Shown here: positions 19,141-28,969 of the stretch, in pieces
Position numbering within the stretch: position 1 is the stretch's first letter
Layout: each line of letters begins with the position of its first letter
Assembly: GCA_963833575.1 (NCBI GenBank)
Contig: CAWHXY010000005.1
Span: forward strand, 32,001-96,000
Length of the DNA: 64,000 bases
From: Candidatus Bathyarchaeota archaeon
Lineage (GTDB): Archaea; Thermoproteota; Bathyarchaeia; Bathyarchaeales; Bathycorpusculaceae
Direction: 5' to 3'
The notes under the pieces: model-generated
The model's database searches: none
Seen by the model: the letters and a program-made list of their open reading frames with translations, nothing else
Told to the model about the DNA's origin: nothing
Position numbers and translations under genes: made by a program

Positions 19141-19884
19141 ATGCTTTCTTTTCATTTAGGAACGATAGGTTGGAGCTACACTTTCTGGAAAGGCAATTTT
19201 TACCCATACAAGACTGCTTCCAGGGATTTTTTGTCTTATTACGCGACCAAATTTGACACAGTTGAAGTTGACAGCACATTCTATAGAATCCCAACAGAGC
19301 AAGCCATAACCAACTGGAAAAATCAAACGCCAAAAAACTTCCTGTTTTCCCTCAAATTCCCCCGCATAATAACTCACATCAAAATGCTTAAAGATTGTGA
19401 GCGTGAAACTAACATTTTTCTTGAAAGAACAAAATTGCTTGAAGAAAAACTTGGGGCTTTGCTACTGCAGTTTCCCCCAACTTTTGGAATTAATCACTTA
19501 AATGATTTGAACGATTTCTTGCGTAAACTTCCTATACAGAACCGTTATGTGGTTGAGGTCCGAGACGAAGCGTTCAACAAGGAAGAGTTTTATTCAGTTT
19601 TAAGAGCTAACAATGTTGCTTTAGCGTGGGTTGACAGCCCCAATATGCCTCAGCTTGAAGAAGTAACTTCTGATTTTTTATATGTTAGATGGGAAGGTGA
19701 CCGAAGCAAAGTTAAAGGTACTTTGGGCAAAATAGAAGCTGATATCGAAGAGAGCTTGAAGATATGGGCAAACAAACTAAAGCCTTTCCTGAACCATCAA
19801 AGACATCTTTTCGGCTACTTCGGCAAATATTACTCAGGGTACCCTCCTTCAGACATATATTCGCTTTTAAAGCTCTTAGCTTAA
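19141..19884 (+). CDS. DUF72 (YecE-like) protein
   Basis: GTIGWSY..WKGNFYP, YYATKFDTVEVDSTFYRIP, FSLKFPRIITH, LLLQFPP, VEVRD, YVRWEG. Confidence 0.9.
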   Translation: MLSFHLGTIGWSYTFWKGNFYPYKTASRDFLSYYATKFDTVEVDSTFYRIPTEQAITNWKNQTPKNFLFSLKFPRIITHIKMLKDCERETNIFLERTKLLEEKLGALLLQFPPTFGINHLNDLNDFLRKLPIQNRYVVEVRDEAFNKEEFYSVLRANNVALAWVDSPNMPQLEEVTSDFLYVRWEGDRSKVKGTLGKIEADIEESLKIWANKLKPFLNHQRHLFGYFGKYYSGYPPSDIYSLLKLLA

Positions 19885-19921
19885 TACTATTTTACAATAA
19901 GAAACCTTGGAGCAGAAAAAT

Positions 19922-20536
19922 ATGTTTTTTAAACAGATTCAACAGCACGGCGACAACTTTTCCTATGTAATAGCCGATGAAAAAGCAAAAGAAGCTGCAG
20001 TAGTAGATTCAAGCTTTAACTCAAGTGCAATAATTGAGCTTCTAAAAAATAATAAATTCAATTTGAAATACGTAATAAACACCCATGGACATTCAGACCA
20101 TACCGCTGGTAACGATGAATTAACTTCTGCTTTTGGCGCGAAAATAGTTGCGTATAACGTGTCAAAGGTTAACTTTGATATTGCAGTGTCGGACGGAGAC
20201 GTATTGACTGTTGGCAAAATCTCGTTAAAAGTTATTTACACTCCTGGCCATACAATAGACAGTATTTGCTTGCTGGTCGACAACAAGAAACTGTTAACTG
20301 GTGACACTTTATTTGTTGGCGAATGTGGAAGAACAGACTTTTCAGGGGGCAACACCAAAAGCATGTATGACAGCTTGTTTAATAAATTGTCAAAAATAAA
20401 TGATGATGTGGAAGTTTACCCAGGCCACGATTATGGCGTCAAGCCTTCTTCAACTATAGGTGAAGAAAAAAAATCAAATTATACATTGCAGCCCAGAAGC
20501 ATCGAAGGTTTTATTGACTTTATGAATTCTCCTTAG
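19922..20536 (+). CDS. Metallo-beta-lactamase-fold hydrolase (glyoxalase II-like)
   Basis: NTHGHSDHTAG, TPGHT, TGDTLF..CGR, YPGHDY; start placed at ATG 19922. Confidence 0.88.
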   Translation: MFFKQIQQHGDNFSYVIADEKAKEAAVVDSSFNSSAIIELLKNNKFNLKYVINTHGHSDHTAGNDELTSAFGAKIVAYNVSKVNFDIAVSDGDVLTVGKISLKVIYTPGHTIDSICLLVDNKKLLTGDTLFVGECGRTDFSGGNTKSMYDSLFNKLSKINDDVEVYPGHDYGVKPSSTIGEEKKSNYTLQPRSIEGFIDFMNSP

Positions 20537-20905
20537 GTCATTTGTTTATGCTTCCAGTTGATAAGTTTCATGATTTCTTTTTCATGCCAATAACGCTCTA
20601 ATTTGGTTGAATTTCATTTCCGTATTCACAAAATGAATCTGGTTTATTCAGATACTTTTTTATGGAGTCGTTCTAACCTATAGCTTAATAACTATCCGTT
20701 CAATAGGTGAACAAAACTTAAAAGGTATAAATACGCATAAGTGAGCTGTAGTTGAAATGCTTTCGTCTCTGGTGGCAAAGCCCGTTTTGCTAAATTTAAA
20801 GGCTATTCTCCGCTTCTGGGTAAATGCTTTATCAGAGATATTTTATGCAGTCCAATCCATCAAACCGATATTTTTAGTGCTTGGAAAATCAATTGAGGCT
20901 AGTAA

Positions 20906-22150
20906 ATGATAATTACAGATGTAATTTCGTTTATTTTGCTTTCAATTCTGCTGTTTTGGACTGTCTACAACGGCTCAATTATTTACGTTGGTGTAAGAAG
21001 CAGACGTAAGCTTGCTGTTGCCTATGCTGAAAATACTGAAGTTCCAAAGTTTTCCATTATCGTGCCAACTAAGGATGAAGAACTAGTTATTAGTCGTTGC
21101 TTAACAGGCCTTCTTGATTTGGATTATCCTAAAGAAAAAATGGAAATAATTGTCGTTGATGGAAATTCCACGGATGAAACACGCAATATATGTTCAAGAT
21201 TCGCGCAGAAATATGGAGATATAATTAAGGTGGTTAATGAAGAAGAATCAAAAGGTAAACCTGCGGCTCTAAATCTTGCAATGCATTATGTGACAGGTGA
21301 GATCGTTGGAGTTTTTGACGCTGACAGCGTTCCTGAAAAAGATGTTCTAAAGAAGGTAGCATCACGCTTTATCGATAAACAGGTAATGGCCGTTCAAGGA
21401 AGAACTACCTCGCTAAACGAAAAAAATAACATATTAACACGCGTTATCTCATCCGAAGAGAAAGCTTGGTTCCAAGCGCTGCTTAGCGGAAGAGAACACT
21501 TGCAATTATTCATTCCATTAAATGGAAGTTGCCAATTTATTCGTCGCAACATCTTAGAAGAGATGGATGGGTGGGATGAAAATTCGCTTACAGAAGACGT
21601 AGAACTAGCACTACGTCTCGTTGAGAAAAAGCACTTAATAAGATATGCAGCTGAAGTCTGTTCGAGACAAGAAACACCGAACGGTTTGAAGGACTTGGTC
21701 AAGCAGCGGGTCCGTTGGTATAGAGGCTACATGGAGACGGCACTAAAATATGGGCGACTTCTCGACAGTCTAAACAAAAGAACAGTAGATGCAGAAATTT
21801 CCATGGCTGGACCCTTCATGATGGTTGTCTCATTGCTCAGCTACATAAATTGGTTCTTTATCATGTTATTCTTTTCATCAACCAATCCAATAATTGGGTT
21901 CACCGGAATAGTGATAGCCTTAACAGCAGTCTCACTATTTTCAATTGGAATTGGATTAACCGCATCTGAGAAACCTATTAAACTTAGAAATCTTTTCTGG
22001 ATACCATCAATTTACATTTATTGGCTGCTTCAAATGTGCATTGCAGGATGGGCTTTCCTAAAATTAATATTTAGAAGCAAAAGAGTCTGGAGTAAAACAA
22101 TCAAAAAGGGCTTCGTTACATCAAGTTCAGGACAGACTTTGCCTCTGTAA
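20906..22150 (+). CDS. Processive-type GT2 glycosyltransferase (cellulose synthase-like)
   Basis: GKPAALN, FDAD, TED, QRVRW motifs; TM segments at both ends. Confidence 0.88.
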   Translation: MIITDVISFILLSILLFWTVYNGSIIYVGVRSRRKLAVAYAENTEVPKFSIIVPTKDEELVISRCLTGLLDLDYPKEKMEIIVVDGNSTDETRNICSRFAQKYGDIIKVVNEEESKGKPAALNLAMHYVTGEIVGVFDADSVPEKDVLKKVASRFIDKQVMAVQGRTTSLNEKNNILTRVISSEEKAWFQALLSGREHLQLFIPLNGSCQFIRRNILEEMDGWDENSLTEDVELALRLVEKKHLIRYAAEVCSRQETPNGLKDLVKQRVRWYRGYMETALKYGRLLDSLNKRTVDAEISMAGPFMMVVSLLSYINWFFIMLFFSSTNPIIGFTGIVIALTAVSLFSIGIGLTASEKPIKLRNLFWIPSIYIYWLLQMCIAGWAFLKLIFRSKRVWSKTIKKGFVTSSSGQTLPL

Positions 22151-22340
22151 ATTAACGGCACTAAATTATTTATTCTAACAATCCTATTTCATAGTTCAAC
22201 TCTAAAACAAATAACCGTAGACTTTTGATAATCTTCTTGCCGAAATATCCATCTTTTTACAGGCGCAAGGCATTTTAGGCATGCAACCAAAGTTTAATAA
22301 TCTAAGTCTATAAATTGCATGAAGCTTTGGAGAATAAAAA

Positions 22341-23867
22341 TTGGTTGATGTTCTTAATCGTAATCCATTAAAGGATTTGATTAGTCAAAATCGGGATATT
22401 ATTTTACTCGTTCTTGCATTTCTTATACCGCTATTTGTAAGGACGATACCCGAGATTTTAATGGGTCCTTACATCATCGGCTTCGATACCTTGGGCTTTT
22501 ATGTTCCAAACGCTCTTCTTTGGCTACATGGCGGTTTAAGTTTATGGGGATTTCTTTCAGTCGCGCCTCTATTCTACGCGATCTTTATGTCATTAGTTGC
22601 TATTGGCGCATCGCCAGTCTTTGTGCTTAAGATAATTTCGCCATTGTTGCTCGGTTTCTTAGGATTGTCAATTTTTGTATATGCCAAGAAAGGTTTGTGT
22701 TGGTCGTCTCCAAAGAGTACATTTGTTGCTCTTTTAGGAACACTTTATTTTGTAGCTTTAAGAGCCTCTTGGGATCAACTTCGAGAAGAAACCGGTTTGG
22801 TTTTGTTTTTTGTTGTCCTTACATTATTGGTCATCAATCGGAAAGGTAATTCTTGGAAAAGCTATGTTCTCCTTTCTTTAGCGATGATGGCAGTGGTTTT
22901 ATCTCATCAGCTTATCTCAGTTCTCATGTTTGGTGTAGTTATTTCTATAGTTGCTTATGGTTTGCATTGTAAGGATTTTGTTAGATCAATTGATCTGATT
23001 TTGTGTTCTTTGCCTGCCGAGATTTATTTTATCATAGTTTATTTAAGTGGTGTAGCACAGTCTGGTATTCTTGGTTACTCAACAAACGCATCACCTTTAG
23101 CCACTTGGACCGGTTTTGCTTCCTATCAATCCATGTTGATAAGTGAAGGAGGGTTCTTTTTATATTGTTTTTTACCTTTGCTACCATTACTGGTGATTGG
23201 ACTTTGGAGATTTGGGAATCTTCAGCTTAGGTCATGGTTACTTTTGAGTTTTATTTTGTTGCTTGTTCCACTTGGTTCTGTAAGTCCTTATCGTTGGGTC
23301 TTATTGCTTACATTTCCATTTGCCTTCTTTACAACGGACTGTCTTAGCAAGCTTAAGTCAATTAAATGGAAGCGTTTCAAGTTAACCATTCATAAAATTG
23401 CAGTATTGTACCTTGTCTTGTCAACGAGTATTCTTAGCTTTGGCTTCATTTTTATGACTTCTGAAAACCCTTTTTTTTACTTTAATCCAAACTATCTTAA
23501 TAAATTCGAATATCAAATTCCCACATCAATGTTGCAGAATACGATTTCGATAATCGATTGTCATGACACAGTCAAGACATTGGAGTGGTACAGAGATAAC
23601 ACAAATGGCAATGCAATTTTGCTTACGCATACAGTATTTTATGGTTGGGCATTGCTAACACTGAATGAGACTCAGATTAAGAACTACGGATTTGACAATC
23701 CAGTTGATGCCATGACAGCAGCCGCTAAAGGAGGCAATGCGGAGCTATATCTTATATGGTGGACAAATGGTCAAGGCTGGTATGCACAGCCGACTTTGCC
23801 GCCTTCTTTTCATGAAGTTTTCCAAAGTGGAAGGATTGCAATTTATGACTATAACTCAAGTGCCTGA
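22341..23867 (+). CDS. Multi-pass membrane protein, probable GT-C fold
   Basis: IGFDT..FY loop after TM1, ~12 TMs, C-terminal soluble domain; lies in glycosylation locus. Confidence 0.6.
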   Translation: MVDVLNRNPLKDLISQNRDIILLVLAFLIPLFVRTIPEILMGPYIIGFDTLGFYVPNALLWLHGGLSLWGFLSVAPLFYAIFMSLVAIGASPVFVLKIISPLLLGFLGLSIFVYAKKGLCWSSPKSTFVALLGTLYFVALRASWDQLREETGLVLFFVVLTLLVINRKGNSWKSYVLLSLAMMAVVLSHQLISVLMFGVVISIVAYGLHCKDFVRSIDLILCSLPAEIYFIIVYLSGVAQSGILGYSTNASPLATWTGFASYQSMLISEGGFFLYCFLPLLPLLVIGLWRFGNLQLRSWLLLSFILLLVPLGSVSPYRWVLLLTFPFAFFTTDCLSKLKSIKWKRFKLTIHKIAVLYLVLSTSILSFGFIFMTSENPFFYFNPNYLNKFEYQIPTSMLQNTISIIDCHDTVKTLEWYRDNTNGNAILLTHTVFYGWALLTLNETQIKNYGFDNPVDAMTAAAKGGNAELYLIWWTNGQGWYAQPTLPPSFHEVFQSGRIAIYDYNSSA

Positions 23868-24042
23868 AGCCTTCAGAATTGCTAATTTTAAGAAGGCGTA
23901 ATTCATGGGAAAAATTTGATCCATTTCTTTTCATTTTGCTCTAAATCTCAAGGAAGATAATTCCAATTTGTATGAATAATTCATAAATACTTACAAAACT
24001 GGCTATACTAAATACAACGGCATGTAATAAGGAAACAAAATA

Positions 24043-24438
24043 ATGTCTAAAGCCAACTACAGTTGTGATGGTTTCAACTTCCTTAATAAAAAACAATTGA
24101 TAAGATTCAAATCTAAAGCTATGCGTTCTGGCGCGTGGTTCAAAGCTTTGCAAAGTATAGATAGAATACTCTTTGATTTAACGATAAGAGTTGTAGGCGG
24201 TATTCGAAGTGCCAAGTTAGCTAAAAGCATACTCTCGCTCATAAGGAAGTTAGGAAAATATTCTGGAAGTAGTTTTTCTAATCGTCTGAGGACTATGGGT
24301 TTGCCGCTATCTAAGAAAATAAGTTTAGTTGCGCAAAGCCTAGGTAACCCTTCAGCTAGCAGTTGGATGTTTGACCCTTCCTTTTCAGTTTTCTTGGCTA
24401 TTTTGAAGTTTAATAGTAATGGAATACGGAAATCTTGA
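24043..24438 (+). CDS. Hypothetical basic protein
   Basis: 131-aa ORF (KAMRSGAWFKAL..IDR..FDLTIRV). Confidence 0.55.
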   Translation: MSKANYSCDGFNFLNKKQLIRFKSKAMRSGAWFKALQSIDRILFDLTIRVVGGIRSAKLAKSILSLIRKLGKYSGSSFSNRLRTMGLPLSKKISLVAQSLGNPSASSWMFDPSFSVFLAILKFNSNGIRKS

Positions 24439-24542
24439 ATTCACCCGTCGGCATGAATCGCAAAACGTTAAATTTCATCAGATTATGGCAAATGTTAAAT
24501 TCTGTGATTTGCTTTTTAGCTATATAATGTTGCCTTTGAAAC

Positions 24543-24794
24543 ATGAATAAAATTGGACTTAATACGATTATGTCTGAGATTAAAGTATACGTTAAGGAGA
24601 ATTGGGGCTCTCCCTTCATATTTGTATTTATGGTACTGTTGATCAGCACTGCTTCTTTCTTATCGGCTGGCTTGTCTTCCTTAGCGGATGCTGTAGCAGT
24701 TTATGCCTATTGCTTCTTGGTTGTTGGGGTCTTTCTTCAACTTGCTTGCTTTCTAAAGTATCGAAAGAGAAGCGATGATGAGGTAGTTTTTTGA
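24543..24794 (+). CDS. Small 2-TM membrane protein
   Basis: ENWGSPFI...ADAVAVYAY..LVVGV.LQL; stop overlaps next start. Confidence 0.6.
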   Translation: MNKIGLNTIMSEIKVYVKENWGSPFIFVFMVLLISTASFLSAGLSSLADAVAVYAYCFLVVGVFLQLACFLKYRKRSDDEVVF

Positions 24795-25567
24795 TGGAAC
24801 GAGTTGAATTGTCTTTTGTAATTCCTGCGTACAATGAGGAAAACTTTATTGAGGATACGCTTGAAACGATCGATTCAGTTATAAAAGATAAGAAAGTGCC
24901 ATATGAAATTGTGGTAGTAGATGATGGCAGCAGAGATGATACTTTAGCAAAAGCAAAGAAATACGCTGGGCTAAATGGTCATGTCAAAGTAGTAAGTTAC
25001 AGGAAGAATGTGGGAAAAGGTCATGCAATAAAGACTGGTTTCATGCTAACTAAGGGTAACGTGGTGATTTTCACTGACGGAGATATGGAAATCGACTTGA
25101 GAACTATTTCTAAATATCTTGAGGCTCTGAGACACGGTGATATTGTAATTGCTTCTAAACAACATGTGGATTCAAGAGTGGACGTACCTATATCTCGAAA
25201 GATTTTGAGCGAAAGCTTCAACGGTTTAGTTCGCTTTCTTACTGGTGTTCCTCTCAAAGATACCCAATCTGGGCTTAAAGCGATGAGGAAGAGCGCTTTT
25301 ATCAACGTTTTCCCACGATTGGCAGTTAAACGTTATGCTTTTGATGTTGAGCTGCTGGCTGTCGCAAACCTTTATGGTTTGAAAGTTGTGGAGATGCCGG
25401 TAAGCATTAAATTAGATGCTTCGTTTAAGCCAAGAGAGATGTGGCACATGTTTGTTGATTTGCTTGGGATAGCGTACAGGCTTAGAGTTATTCATTGGTA
25501 TCAGCGTCCGCTTCCCGAGAAAAACAGTTTTCAAAGTATGGTTTCGCTTATTCTTCGTGAAAATTGA
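24791..25567 (+). CDS. GT2, dolichyl-phosphate hexosyltransferase-like
   Basis: IPAYNEE, VDDGSRD, NVGKG, DGD, DTQSGLK, FDVELL. Confidence 0.88.
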   Translation: MMERVELSFVIPAYNEENFIEDTLETIDSVIKDKKVPYEIVVVDDGSRDDTLAKAKKYAGLNGHVKVVSYRKNVGKGHAIKTGFMLTKGNVVIFTDGDMEIDLRTISKYLEALRHGDIVIASKQHVDSRVDVPISRKILSESFNGLVRFLTGVPLKDTQSGLKAMRKSAFINVFPRLAVKRYAFDVELLAVANLYGLKVVEMPVSIKLDASFKPREMWHMFVDLLGIAYRLRVIHWYQRPLPEKNSFQSMVSLILREN

Positions 25568-26523
25568 TGTCTTCAGAGAGACTTGTTTCAATTATCATAC
25601 CCTGTAAAGATGTGGATAGTTACACTATTGAGTGTATCAAATATTGTAAACTCTTGGACTATTCAAATTTTGAGATAATATTGTTACCTGATCATTCCGC
25701 CAAATCTATTGAGGGAGTTAGAATAATAAGCACTGGACCAGAGTCGCCAGGCGTCAAACGTAATGTAGGCGTCAAGAACTCAAATGGCCAATTTTGTGCT
25801 TTTATTGATAACGACGCTTTTCCTCGAAGTGACTGGTTGACTAATGCAATGAAATATTTTGAGAATCAAGAAGTTGGCGGCGTAGGAGGACCTGGATTAA
25901 CACCTGAAACGGACAACTTTATGCAGAAAGCTGGCGGATACGTCTTATCCTCGTTTATGGTCGGTAACTTAACTAGTAGATATAGAACCGAGAGTTGTTT
26001 TGAGTCTGATGATATTCACTCATGTAATTTCATCGCTGAAAAATCAACAATTGAAGAGGCAGGTGGTTGGAACGAAAAATACTGGCCTGGCGAGGACACT
26101 CTAATGTGTTTGGCAATTATGAAGCTTCACAAAAAACTCATTGAATCATCGGAAGTAATTGTTTATCATCATCGACGATCACTTTTTAAGCCACACCTGA
26201 AGCAAGTTTCAAGATTTGGGGAACATAGAGGGTTCTTTACCAAAAAGTTTCCAGAAAACTCTGCTAAACTGACATACTTCGTTCCAACCCTTCTTCTTTT
26301 TTCACTCATTATTGGGATTACATTATCTGTGGTCTTTTCTTTCTTTATTTACATCTTACTTCTTGGAGTAGCACTATACCTTGTCTTAAGCTTAATTGCA
26401 GCCGCGTTGCAAGTTAGAAATATGAAAATGCTTCTCTCGGTATGGTTCGGCATAATAGTAACACATATCATCTACGGCTCTTTCTTCCTATCCGGTTTGA
26501 TTAAGCGTGATCTGAAAAGATGA
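25564..26523 (+). CDS. GT2 glycosyltransferase with C-terminal TMs
   Basis: VSIIIP, KRNVG, FIDND, GED, YHHRR. Confidence 0.85.
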   Translation: MMSSERLVSIIIPCKDVDSYTIECIKYCKLLDYSNFEIILLPDHSAKSIEGVRIISTGPESPGVKRNVGVKNSNGQFCAFIDNDAFPRSDWLTNAMKYFENQEVGGVGGPGLTPETDNFMQKAGGYVLSSFMVGNLTSRYRTESCFESDDIHSCNFIAEKSTIEEAGGWNEKYWPGEDTLMCLAIMKLHKKLIESSEVIVYHHRRSLFKPHLKQVSRFGEHRGFFTKKFPENSAKLTYFVPTLLLFSLIIGITLSVVFSFFIYILLLGVALYLVLSLIAAALQVRNMKMLLSVWFGIIVTHIIYGSFFLSGLIKRDLKR

Positions 26524-27992
26524 AAATCAGTATCTCTTACCCGCCGATACATTCAGAAAAAGGAATTCCGCTCTTGTCCCAGAACCGCCAGTTCCAATAC
26601 TTTCAATCGCCAACTTACATATATCCAGTTGTTCCTGCCTTTGCAGCAACCTTGTTGAAGAATGCTGGTTACGATGTGGTTTGGGACGATGGCATTGCAC
26701 AAGAGAAAACTTACAAACAGTGGCTAATCGATGTCGAACAAACCAATCCTGATATTATCATGATTGAGACTAAAACTCCAGTTGTTAAGAAGCACTGGTC
26801 CATAATTCGCGAACTAAAAGAGATTCTTCCTAAATCAAGGGTTGTTTTGGTTGGGGATCATGTCACTGCTTTGCCATTGGAGTCTATGGAACAGAGTATT
26901 GTTGACTTTATTCTGACTGGTGGAGACTACGATTTTCTAATACTAAATCTAGTTGATTTCCTAAATGGCAAATCCAAACAGTTAGAACCTGGGATTTGGT
27001 ATAGAGAAATCAATACAATAAAAAGCACTGGGCAATTCAAGTTAAATCACAGTTTGGACGATTTACCACACATTAATCGTGACTTAACTCAGTGGCAGCT
27101 TTACAACGAGCGAAACGGCAACTTCAAGGTTATCCCAGGCACTTACACAATGGCAGGTCGCGACTGTTGGTGGCGAAAAGACGGGGGTTGCACCTTTTGT
27201 TCTTGGCCTACTTTATATCCTACTTTCAGAGTGATGAAGCCTGAGCGTTTGGCAGATGAAATTGGGTTATTAATTGGGCATTATGGAGTAAAATCGGTTT
27301 TTGATGACACTGGCTGTTTTCCTGCAGGAGAATGGCTCAGACACTTCGCCAACCTAATGATAGACCGTGGATATAACAGAAAAGTCCAGTTCAGTTGCAA
27401 CATGCGATTTGGAGCCCTCTCACGCGAGGATTATCGTTTAATTAAGCGAGCAGGTTTCAGAATGCTTCTTTTCGGCGTGGAATCTGGAAGCCAAGCTACT
27501 CTTGATCGCCTTAACAAAGGAACAAAAATAAATGATATCATTAATGATTGTAGAATACCTCGAGAAGAAGGATTAGAACCGCACATTACAATTATGGTGG
27601 GTTATCCGTGGGAAACGCGCCAAGATGCGCTAAGAACTTTGAATGTTGCCAAAACCATGATGCTTAAAGGCTGGGCTGTTACCTTGCAATCTACCGTTGT
27701 TATTCCTTATCCGGGGAGTAAATTATATGCTGAAGCGTTAAAGAATGGTTGGTTCCGAGTTGACCCTAAAGATTATGAGCGTTTTGATATGAAAGAGCCA
27801 GTTATGACTACACCCGACATGACGCCTGAAGAAGTAATGAAGCTATGTGACGAAATTTACAAGGTGTTTTTGACACCGCAATATATGCTTAAACAGCTTG
27901 TTCGAATACGATCGTTAAGAGATTTTAGATACTCAGTTAAGGGTGCGGCAAAAGTTTTGGGACACGTGAAGGATTTTGGAAAAAACAAGTAG
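26520..27992 (+). CDS. B12-binding radical SAM protein (class B methylase-like)
   Basis: N-terminal cobalamin-binding region (VLVGDHVTALP..GGDYD); CWWRKDGGCTFC; FDD; GVESGSQ..L..LNKG; MVGYPWET; PYPGS. Confidence 0.85.
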   Translation: MKISISYPPIHSEKGIPLLSQNRQFQYFQSPTYIYPVVPAFAATLLKNAGYDVVWDDGIAQEKTYKQWLIDVEQTNPDIIMIETKTPVVKKHWSIIRELKEILPKSRVVLVGDHVTALPLESMEQSIVDFILTGGDYDFLILNLVDFLNGKSKQLEPGIWYREINTIKSTGQFKLNHSLDDLPHINRDLTQWQLYNERNGNFKVIPGTYTMAGRDCWWRKDGGCTFCSWPTLYPTFRVMKPERLADEIGLLIGHYGVKSVFDDTGCFPAGEWLRHFANLMIDRGYNRKVQFSCNMRFGALSREDYRLIKRAGFRMLLFGVESGSQATLDRLNKGTKINDIINDCRIPREEGLEPHITIMVGYPWETRQDALRTLNVAKTMMLKGWAVTLQSTVVIPYPGSKLYAEALKNGWFRVDPKDYERFDMKEPVMTTPDMTPEEVMKLCDEIYKVFLTPQYMLKQLVRIRSLRDFRYSVKGAAKVLGHVKDFGKNK

Positions 27993-28845
27993 TTCTCTGA
28001 AAAATTACGTTAACCCTTTGGATAATAAGCCACTAGTTTCAGTGTTAATTCCGACTTATGACTCAGGCAGTACAATTAAGAAATGTATTGAATCAGTTAA
28101 AGCTCAAACTTACAAGAATATTGAGATAATAGTTATTGACAATCACAGTTCAGACGGTACAAAGCGGATAGCTGAAGGTCTCGGAGTTATAACTTTAACG
28201 AAAGGACCTGAAAGATCAGCCCAAATGAATCAAGGTGTTTTCACTGCAAATGGGAAATTCATACTTCGTGTAGACTCAGACATGATTTTGGACCCAAACC
28301 TCATAGAAAAATGTCTCAAACTATGTGATGAAGGAGCTCAAGCAGTCGTAGTTCCAGTTCTTCCGCATCAAAATGGCCCACATAATTTTTGGATATCCTG
28401 TAGAACATTGGAACAAAAAATGTTGTTAGATGATATGGTTAACGTTGCTCCACGATTTATTAATCGAGATGTTTTCTTGGAAGTAGGTGGCTACGATGAA
28501 ACTATTGTTGCTTGGGAAGATTACGATCTTCATAATAGATTGATCAAATCAGGGTGTCGAGTGTCTTCGCTTCAGGATTCTGCACTATGGCATCTTGGTG
28601 AGGCATCTTCTCTAAGTGAAATGGTGGTCAGAATGGTAAGGTATGGAAAGACGGGGTCGCTGGGATTATTCACTAAGAAACATGGTTTGGGCGGATTAAA
28701 ACAAATATCAATAATTCGACCTTCATATTTTCGGCACCGCAATTACTTTGTGACGGACCCCCTGCATTTTGTTGGAATTTTCGTCATGAAAATTGTTCAA
28801 ACGTTTTCTGTAGCACTAGGTGCTTTTGTAAGGCACTTTCCATGA
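27976..28845 (+). CDS. GT2 glycosyltransferase
   Basis: PLVSVLIPTY, IDNHSSDGT, ERSAQMN, VDSD, WEDYDL. Confidence 0.85.
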   Translation: MEKTSSSLKNYVNPLDNKPLVSVLIPTYDSGSTIKKCIESVKAQTYKNIEIIVIDNHSSDGTKRIAEGLGVITLTKGPERSAQMNQGVFTANGKFILRVDSDMILDPNLIEKCLKLCDEGAQAVVVPVLPHQNGPHNFWISCRTLEQKMLLDDMVNVAPRFINRDVFLEVGGYDETIVAWEDYDLHNRLIKSGCRVSSLQDSALWHLGEASSLSEMVVRMVRYGKTGSLGLFTKKHGLGGLKQISIIRPSYFRHRNYFVTDPLHFVGIFVMKIVQTFSVALGAFVRHFP

Positions 28846-28969
28846 TTTGTAGAGTTTGGAAAATATCGCTGAGATTTTTTTCGGGGGAAGCCTATTTTTA
28901 TATCCTCTTGAGGCAATAACTTATTAATTGATGGAACGGAAGTAGGATAGAAAATAGGACTGGTGCGAC

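Noticed and set aside
10400-20536. Integrated element at tRNA-Leu carrying the NHEJ genes
   Set aside because: No integrase and no duplicated tRNA 3' end (att site) found in the window.
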